Assembly: GCA_029862975.1 (NCBI GenBank)
Contig: JAOTWP010000001.1
Location: 11,676 to 75,675, forward strand
DNA: 64,000 nucleotides
From: Acidobacteriota bacterium
GTDB lineage: Bacteria > Acidobacteriota > Thermoanaerobaculia > Multivoradales > JAHEKO01
Direction: 5' to 3'
The notes beneath the pieces were generated by a model that worked only from the letters and a program-made list of their open reading frames with translations, did no database searches and was not told the DNA's origin. How positions within the stretch are numbered: position 1 is the stretch's first letter; every line of letters begins with the position of its first letter. Positions 16,405 through 22,986 of this stretch are shown piece after piece. Made by a program: the position numbers and the translations under genes.

Positions 16405-17516
16405 ACCGCGATGCGCAGCCCGTCCCGATGTTCGACCTCGGCCGCGCGGTAGCGCGCATCGAGAGCGAGCTCGACCGCCGCTGGCGCCGGCTGCTCGCCG
16501 CGACCGCGTTCGTGGGCGGCGAGGAGGTGCGGGAGTTCGAGCGCGCGTTCGCCGAGGACCACGAGGTCGAGCACTGCGTGGGGGTGGCCAACGGCACGGA
16601 CGCGCTGGTCCTGGCCCTGCGCGCTCACTGCGTCGGTCCGGGCGACGAGGTCGTCGTGCCGGGCTTCACCTTCGTCGCGACGGCCGCGGCCGTCCTGCTG
16701 GCCGGCGCGACTCCGGTCTTCGCCGACGTTCGGCCGGACAGCCTCAACCTCGATCTCGAAGACGTCGCGCGCCGGCTGACCAGCCGCACGGTGGGCGTCA
16801 TCGGCGTGCATCTCTACGGCAATCCCTTCGACCTCGACGCGGCCGGCGAGCTGTGCGCCGGCCGCGGGCTCTGGCTGATCGAGGATGCCGCCCAGGCGCA
16901 CGGAGCCCGTTGGCGGGGACGGCCCGTGGGCGGCTTCGGCAGCCTGGCGACCTGGAGCTTCTATCCGTCGAAGAACCTGGGCTGCTTCGGCGACGGCGGC
17001 GCCGTCACCACGAACGATCCGGAGCTGGCGCGGCGGGTGCGGCTGCTGGCCAACCACGGGGCGACGGCGCGCTACCACCACGAGCTCGTAGGCGGCAACA
17101 GCCGGCTCGACGCGCTCCAGGCCGCGGTGCTCAACTGCCGCCTTCCGCTGCTCGCCGGGGACAACGAGCGGCGGCGGCAGGTGGCCGCGCGCTATCGCGA
17201 GCACCTCGCCGGGGCGCGCGAGGTGACGGCCCTGCCGGAGCCCCGGGACGCGACCCCGGTGTGGCATCAGTTCACGGTGCTTTGCGAGCGCCGCGACGCC
17301 CTGCAGGCGTTCCTCGCCGGCCGCGGCATCGGCAGCGCCACGCATTATCCCGAGCCGCTGCACCGCCAGCCGGCGTTCGCCCATCTCGGCGCGCCGCCGG
17401 CCCTCGAAGTCGCCGAGGACGTGGCCCGCCGGGTGCTCTGCCTGCCCATGTTCGCGGAGCTGACCGACGAGGAGGTCGCGGCCGTCGGCCGGGCGCTGGC
17501 CGAGTTCGAGGCCTGA
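16401..17516 (+). CDS. DegT/DnrJ/EryC1/StrS-family PLP-dependent sugar aminotransferase
   Basis: VGVANGTDALVLAL, IEDAAQAHGA, SFYPSKNLGCFGDGGAV (PLP lysine), NHG..RYHHE..GGNSRLDALQAAVL. GTG at 16401 makes a GTGA overlap with the upstream gene; alternative ATG at 16428. Confidence 0.85.
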   Translation: MNRDAQPVPMFDLGRAVARIESELDRRWRRLLAATAFVGGEEVREFERAFAEDHEVEHCVGVANGTDALVLALRAHCVGPGDEVVVPGFTFVATAAAVLLAGATPVFADVRPDSLNLDLEDVARRLTSRTVGVIGVHLYGNPFDLDAAGELCAGRGLWLIEDAAQAHGARWRGRPVGGFGSLATWSFYPSKNLGCFGDGGAVTTNDPELARRVRLLANHGATARYHHELVGGNSRLDALQAAVLNCRLPLLAGDNERRRQVAARYREHLAGAREVTALPEPRDATPVWHQFTVLCERRDALQAFLAGRGIGSATHYPEPLHRQPAFAHLGAPPALEVAEDVARRVLCLPMFAELTDEEVAAVGRALAEFEA

Positions 17517-17522
17517 GGTCGG

Positions 17523-19037
17523 CTAGCGCGACGGCTGCGGAGCGACCACCGCGAGGTCGAAGTCGCGATTCCCCAGCACCACGAGGTGCTCGGCCGGCGC
17601 GTAGTCGTCGGAGAGCTCGACGAGGTCCGCCGTCTCGTAGTCCCACTGCAGGACGTCGCCGGCGATCTCCGCGAGGCGGATCCGCAGTCCGGAGTCGTCG
17701 ATCTCCGTGGCCCGGCGGCGGATCGCTTCCGGCAGCGACGGGCCGCCGGCGCTCGCCAGCACGAGGACGTTGCCGGCGCCGCGGACCCCGATCACGACGG
17801 TGGAGCGGAAGGCGCGGCGCACCGTATGGAGCAGCGAGCGCGAGAAGGGGTCCTCGAGCCCGGCGGCCAGGTTGACGGCCAGCACTCCTCCGGGCTCGAG
17901 GTGCGCGGCCGCGAGGGCGAAGAACTCGCGGGTCGTCAGATGGAAGGGCACGGCGAGGCCGATGTAGGCGTCGACGTAGATCAGATCCCACGATTCGGCG
18001 CTGCGGCGCAGGAACTGCCGGCCGTCGGCGATGTGGACGCGGTCGCGCGGATGGGGGGTCCAGAAACCGTACTGCTGCGCGATCCGCGGCACGACGGCGT
18101 CGATCTCGACGAAATCGACCTCGAGCTCCGGCGCCAGCCGCCGCCACGGCCGGGCGACGAGGCCGCCGCCCATGCCGATCACCAGGGCGCGCCGGGGCGC
18201 CGGGTGCACGAGGAAGGCGGCCGCCGCGTAGTGGGCGTAGGCCGCCGCCACGCTGCCGTCGGCCATGTGGATCGCCGACTGGGTGACGCGATCGCTGCGG
18301 ATCGAGCGCACGCCGGCCCGCTCGACCACCTCGAGCGTCTGGTACGGAGAGCTGTGGACGGCGACGACTTCGCCGCGGCCGAGCGCCGGCGCGCCACGGA
18401 AGGAGAGGCCGGCGACGAGGAGCAGTGCCGCCGCGACGGTCGCGTAGCCCGGCCGTCGCGGCGCGGCGAGGGCCACGAGCGCGGTGCCTGCCGTCCCCGC
18501 CGTCAGTGCCGCCAGGATGGCCGGGACCGGGAAGGCGGGGATCGCGACGAAGGTGCACAGCAGCGTGCCGGCCAGAGAGCCCAGGGTCGAGACCGCGTAG
18601 AGCCGGCCCGCCGTGTCGCCGAGGCGCGCGAAGTCCCGGGCCGCGAGCCGGACGACGAACGGCGACACCGTGCCGAAGAGCAGGCTCGGGGGCCCGAACA
18701 GCAGGCTGGCGGTCACCAGGGTGCCGGCCGGCGACCCGGAGGTCGCGTCGGCGAGCCATTCGGCGGCCCGGGTTCCCCCCAGCCGCAGCGCCAGCAGCCA
18801 GAAGCCGGCGAGCACGATCAGGCGTCCGAGGACCTCGAGATCGGGGTGGCGGTCGGCGATCCTGCCGCCCCAGGCGTAGCCCAGCGCCAGGGCGGCGAGG
18901 AAGACGCTGATGATCGAGCCCCAGATGTAGACGCTGTTGCCGAAGTAGGGAGCGATGATCCGGCTGGCGAGGATCTCGAGCGCCATCAGGAGCCCGCCGC
19001 ACAGCGCCGCCAAGCAGTAGAGCCTGAGTCTCGTCAT
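17523..19037 (-). CDS. fused polytopic membrane domain plus spermidine-synthase-like (class I MTase fold) protein
   Basis: N-terminal half has about 7 TM helices (MTRLRLYCLAALCGGLLMALEILASR..). C-terminal half has LVIGMGGG, VDFVEID and DLIYVDAY motifs typical of the spermidine synthase fold. Confidence 0.7.
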   Translation of the reverse strand: MTRLRLYCLAALCGGLLMALEILASRIIAPYFGNSVYIWGSIISVFLAALALGYAWGGRIADRHPDLEVLGRLIVLAGFWLLALRLGGTRAAEWLADATSGSPAGTLVTASLLFGPPSLLFGTVSPFVVRLAARDFARLGDTAGRLYAVSTLGSLAGTLLCTFVAIPAFPVPAILAALTAGTAGTALVALAAPRRPGYATVAAALLLVAGLSFRGAPALGRGEVVAVHSSPYQTLEVVERAGVRSIRSDRVTQSAIHMADGSVAAAYAHYAAAAFLVHPAPRRALVIGMGGGLVARPWRRLAPELEVDFVEIDAVVPRIAQQYGFWTPHPRDRVHIADGRQFLRRSAESWDLIYVDAYIGLAVPFHLTTREFFALAAAHLEPGGVLAVNLAAGLEDPFSRSLLHTVRRAFRSTVVIGVRGAGNVLVLASAGGPSLPEAIRRRATEIDDSGLRIRLAEIAGDVLQWDYETADLVELSDDYAPAEHLVVLGNRDFDLAVVAPQPSR

Positions 19038-19233
19038 CCTGGGAGTCCCGCGACGGTCTTGCCGGGTGTCCTTCGGCGGTCGCGGCGGGCGCCGGGAGCG
19101 CGCGCGGCCCGCCGGTGGCGTCGGTCCCGCCGCGGCTCCGATGCCGGCGAGGGCGAGGCTTCGAGTAATCTTCTGCCCATCGTCGCCGTGGCATTGTGGG
19201 CGAAATCGATCACCAGCCGCAAGGAAGGTCGAG

Positions 19234-20721
19234 ATGCCGGGGACCGAACGCAGGTGGATCTGGGCCGGCGCCGCGTTGGCGCTCGTCGCCCTGCCGTTCC
19301 TGACGGTCGACTTCGTCCCCAGCACCGATCTGCCGCAGCATCTCGGGCAGCTGCGGCTCTTTGCGCGGGCGTGGGCCGATCCGGACGGCCCGCTGCGCAT
19401 CCAGTGGTGGACGCCCTATGGCCTGGTCTACGGTCTCCTGGCGATCCCGTGGGTGCTGCTGCCGCCGGTCGCCGCCGGCCGGGTGGGCGTGCTCCTGCTG
19501 GTGCTGCTGCAGGCGGCGGCCCTCCATTGGGTCGGCGCCAAGTACGACCGGCCGATCGCGGCGCTCGTCCTGGCGACCGCCTTCCTCTTCCACGGCCAGC
19601 TCTACTGGGGCTTCCTCAACTTCATCTCGGGCTGGATCGCGTTCCTCGTGTGGTTCGTCCTGACCCGGCGGCGGCGGGAGGACGAGCCCGGCCGCTGGCG
19701 GACGGCGGCGCTCTACTTCGCGGCGGCCGCGCTGCTGTATCTGTCGCACGCGCTGTGGTTCGCGCTCGGGGTCGCGTGGCTCGCCGTCGAGGCGGCCATC
19801 AGCCGCCGGTCGCCGCGCGATCTCCTGTGGCGCGCGGTGGGGCTGGCGCCGGTCGTCGTCGCCGCCGCGATCTGGTTCGCGTTCCTGCGCGCGAGCGACT
19901 TCACGAGCCCCCCGGAGTGGACCGTGGCGCCGCCGCTGCGGCTCCATCCCGAGCTCTTCGCGCTCGCCGCGCTCGGCGGCGTGCGGCACCCGATCGAGCC
20001 GATCGTCGTCTTCGGCGCCCTCGCCTGGGCCGCGGCCGCGATCGTCGCGCATCGCAAGAGCCGCGCCTGGGGCTGCGATCCCTACTTCGCGGCGCTCGCC
20101 GTGCTGCTCTTCGGGCTCTACCTGTTCCTGCCGTACAAGTTCTCCAACACGATCCGGTTCAGCACGCGATGGCTGCCCTTCGCCATCACGTCCCTGCTGC
20201 TGGCGGTCGACCGGCCGCTGCTGCGCCGCCCCCTGCGCCGCGCGCTGGCGATCGCCCTGCTCGCCACCCTGATGGTCGTGACGACGGCCACCTGGCGCCG
20301 CTTCGAGCGCACCGAGCTCGGCGGTCTCGCCGCGGCGCTCGCGGCCCTGCCCGAGGAGCCGCGGGTCGTCGGGCTGAGCTACGTCGCCACCAGCAGGCTG
20401 CTCTACGGGCAGCCCTTCATCCAGACCTTTGCCTGGGCCCAGGCCGTGCGCGGCGGCGAGCTGAACTTCTCCTTCGGCTACTTCGCGCCCAGTCTCGTCG
20501 TGTACGAGGATCCCGGGCGCGTGCGGTGGACGTGGGGCCTCGAGTGGTTCCCGAAGAGAGTCCGGCGCCGCGATTTCGCGTTCTTCGACTTCGCCCTCGT
20601 CAGCGGCGACGAGGCGGCGCACGAGCGGATGCGCGCCCTGCCCGAGCTCGAGCCGGTGACGGAGGGGGGCGTGTGGCGACTCTACGAGGTCGCCGACTCG
20701 CCGCCCCTCGCGGCCCGCTGA
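19234..20721 (+). CDS. polytopic membrane protein of unknown function (possible GT-C-like) with C-terminal soluble domain
   Basis: ATG at 19234 preceded by AAGGAAGG. At least 10 hydrophobic segments. Loop after TM1 reads TVDFVPSTDLPQHLGQL. Confidence 0.6.
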   Translation: MPGTERRWIWAGAALALVALPFLTVDFVPSTDLPQHLGQLRLFARAWADPDGPLRIQWWTPYGLVYGLLAIPWVLLPPVAAGRVGVLLLVLLQAAALHWVGAKYDRPIAALVLATAFLFHGQLYWGFLNFISGWIAFLVWFVLTRRRREDEPGRWRTAALYFAAAALLYLSHALWFALGVAWLAVEAAISRRSPRDLLWRAVGLAPVVVAAAIWFAFLRASDFTSPPEWTVAPPLRLHPELFALAALGGVRHPIEPIVVFGALAWAAAAIVAHRKSRAWGCDPYFAALAVLLFGLYLFLPYKFSNTIRFSTRWLPFAITSLLLAVDRPLLRRPLRRALAIALLATLMVVTTATWRRFERTELGGLAAALAALPEEPRVVGLSYVATSRLLYGQPFIQTFAWAQAVRGGELNFSFGYFAPSLVVYEDPGRVRWTWGLEWFPKRVRRRDFAFFDFALVSGDEAAHERMRALPELEPVTEGGVWRLYEVADSPPLAAR

Positions 20722-20777
20722 GCGGCCGTCGGCCGAGCCGCCGTCGGCTGAGCCGCCGTCAGCTGAGCCGCCGTCAA
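20718..20777. repeat. four tandem 15-bp repeats (CTGAGCCGCCGTCRG-like) spanning a convergent gene junction
   Basis: Read directly: ctgagcggccgtcgg / ccgagccgccgtcgg / ctgagccgccgtcag / ctgagccgccgtcaa. Includes the + gene stop (20719-21) and the - gene stop (20774-76). Confidence 0.85.
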
Positions 20778-22108
20778 TGGGCGCCGCGCGCCCACAGCGC
20801 CACGAGCTCGGTCATGCGAGCGGTGCCGCGCTCGAGCTCGGCGAGCGGGATGCGCTCGTCGCGGCCGTGGATGGTGCGCATCAGCTCCCCGTCGAGGATG
20901 AAGGGCGACAGGCCGTAGGCCGGCACGCCGCGCTCGCGGAAGAACCGCGAGTCGGTGATGCCGGCCCCCATCTGCGGCACCACCGGGGCGACGGGGCCGA
21001 GGACGCGGGTGAGAGCGCCGACCCAGGGTCCGTCCCAGGGGCTGGCCTCCACGGCGGGGGCCGAGAGCAGGACCTCGACCTCGATCGCCGGCCCGAGGAG
21101 GCCGCGGATCCGGGGCAGCCACGCACCGGCGTCGCTGTCCGGAAGCAGGCGAACGTCGATCCTCGCCCGCCCGCGGCCGTCCGGGAGGACCTCGAGCTCG
21201 TTGGCCTGAAGCGAGTCGAGGAAGAACGTGGCCATGCCGGGCAGCAGCTGGACCGTCGGCCCGCCCGGGAGCACGAAGCGATCGAGGTCGAGGAAGATCG
21301 CCCGCCAGTGGTCGTTGTAGTGGGGCGCGAGCTCTCCGAACGTGAACCGGACCGCCGGCGAGACGCGCCAGCTCGGAGGCAGGTCGACGAGGCGCCGCAG
21401 GCCGGCGACCAGGGCCGCCGGATCGCCGGCCGTGGCCTCGATCCACAAGGGCCGTTTCTGCGCCACCTCGATACCCCACCAGTGCAGGCGTCCCCCGAAG
21501 CCACGGTTGCTGCCCCCTTCGTTGACGACCGCCGCGACGCCGTCCAGAAGCTCCGGGCGCAGCGTCAGCCAGCGCTCGACGCCGAGGCGGCCGCCGCGCT
21601 CCTCGTCGGCGGCGGCAAACAGGGCGACGCCGCGCCGCCGCGGCCCGCCCTCGCGAGCGAGCGCCACCAGGGCGGCCAGCTGCGCCACGCCGAGGCTCTT
21701 CGCGTCGATCGCGCCGCGCCCCCACAGCTCGCCCTCCCGGACCTCGCCGCCGAAGGGCGGCGCGCGCCAGGACGGGCCGGCGGGCACGACGTCCATGTGG
21801 TGGAGCATGAGCAGGGTCTGCGCCCCCGCCGCGGGCTCGGTCGGCGGCAGGAACGCCCACAGGGAGGGGCGGCCGTCGCCGGCGTCGAGCAGCTCGTGGT
21901 CGACGCCGGCTTCGGCCAGGACTCCCGCCAGCAGCTCGGCGGCCGCACGCTCGCCGCCGGGAGGGTTCGTCGTGTCGAGGCGCAGGTAGGCCTGCAGCCA
22001 GCCCGCGGCCTCCGACAGCGGCGCGGGGGCGGCCGGCCGCTCGGCGCGGCAGGCGAGCAGGAGCAGGAGCAGGAGCGGGCCGCCAGCGAGCGCCCGCGAG
22101 CGCCTCAC
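20774..22108 (-). CDS. M20/M25/M40 family metallohydrolase, probable lipoprotein (paralog B)
   Basis: Lipobox-like LLLLLLAC. LMLHHMDVV, WGRGAIDAKS and AAADEERGG motifs, collinear with paralog A. GTG start in a GTGA overlap with the UbiA-like stop. Confidence 0.75.
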   Translation of the reverse strand: MRRSRALAGGPLLLLLLLACRAERPAAPAPLSEAAGWLQAYLRLDTTNPPGGERAAAELLAGVLAEAGVDHELLDAGDGRPSLWAFLPPTEPAAGAQTLLMLHHMDVVPAGPSWRAPPFGGEVREGELWGRGAIDAKSLGVAQLAALVALAREGGPRRRGVALFAAADEERGGRLGVERWLTLRPELLDGVAAVVNEGGSNRGFGGRLHWWGIEVAQKRPLWIEATAGDPAALVAGLRRLVDLPPSWRVSPAVRFTFGELAPHYNDHWRAIFLDLDRFVLPGGPTVQLLPGMATFFLDSLQANELEVLPDGRGRARIDVRLLPDSDAGAWLPRIRGLLGPAIEVEVLLSAPAVEASPWDGPWVGALTRVLGPVAPVVPQMGAGITDSRFFRERGVPAYGLSPFILDGELMRTIHGRDERIPLAELERGTARMTELVALWARGAH

Positions 22109-22986
22109 GAGACGTAGACGATCCACAGGACCGCCCCCGCCCAGAGCGCCAGATTGGCGAGAAACGGGCCGTCCCGCAAGAGGGCCTCGGTCGGGTTGCG
22201 CGGGGTCCGCTGCTGGTAGATCAGGTAGAGGTAGCGGAAGATCCCGAACAGAACGAACGGCACGGTGTAGACCAGCTCGCGGCCGCCGAAGCGGGCGATC
22301 GTGTCCGGCGCCGCGGCGTAGAGGGCGTAGGAGAGGACGCTCGAAGCCGTCACGACGTTGACCATCTGATCGAGAAACGGGGCGCTGTACTGACCGAGGA
22401 CGGGCCGGTGGTCGGCGGCCTCGCCGGACATCAGGATCAGCTCGTGGCGCCGCTTGGACAGCGCCAGCAGCAGGGAGACGAAGATCGTCGAGGTCAGGAG
22501 CCACGACGAGACCTCGACCTCGATGGCCTCGCCGCCGCCAAGGACCCGGAGCACGAAGCCGACGCTGATGATCAGCACGTCCAGGATGACCACCCGCTTG
22601 AGCCCGACGCTGTAGAGCAGGTTCAGGAAGAGGTAGAGGGCGACGACGAGGGCGACGGATCGGTTGAGCCGGCTCGCAATTAGTAGACTCCCGGCGGCAA
22701 GAGCGAGAGCGGCGAGGACACCGAGGGAGACCGGCACGGTACCGGCGGCGAACGGCCGGCTGCGCTTCAGCGGGTGCTTGCGGTCCTCGGCGCGATCCTG
22801 GATGTCGTTGAAGAGGTACACGGCGCTCGATGCGAGACAGAACGACAGGAAGGCCCAGGCGGTCCGCTTCACCGACGGGAGGTGAGCGAGGGCCTCGGCG
22901 AAGACGAGCGGAGCGAAGACGAACACGTTCTTCGTCCACTGGGCGGGGCGCAGCGCACCGAGCAGGCCGAGCAACATGACGACCAT
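22105..22986 (-). CDS. UbiA-family prenyltransferase, decaprenyl-phosphate phosphoribosyltransferase (Rv3806c/DPPR synthase)-like
   Basis: LRPAQWTKNVFVFAPLVF, SAVYLFNDIQDRAEDRKHPLKRSRPFAAG, SKRRHEL and FRYLYLI..LLRD are collinear with my recollection of Rv3806c. Start is ambiguous: ATG at 22986 or 22977 preferred over the track start at 23100. Confidence 0.75.
   Translation of the reverse strand: MVVMLLGLLGALRPAQWTKNVFVFAPLVFAEALAHLPSVKRTAWAFLSFCLASSAVYLFNDIQDRAEDRKHPLKRSRPFAAGTVPVSLGVLAALALAAGSLLIASRLNRSVALVVALYLFLNLLYSVGLKRVVILDVLIISVGFVLRVLGGGEAIEVEVSSWLLTSTIFVSLLLALSKRRHELILMSGEAADHRPVLGQYSAPFLDQMVNVVTASSVLSYALYAAAPDTIARFGGRELVYTVPFVLFGIFRYLYLIYQQRTPRNPTEALLRDGPFLANLALWAGAVLWIVYVS

Noticed and set aside
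9578-20777. Possibility that the short tandem repeats (17 bp x2, 16 bp x3, 15 bp x4) are CRISPR arrays.
   Set aside because: The units are directly adjacent with no spacers, are only 15-17 bp long with 2-4 copies, and no cas genes are present.
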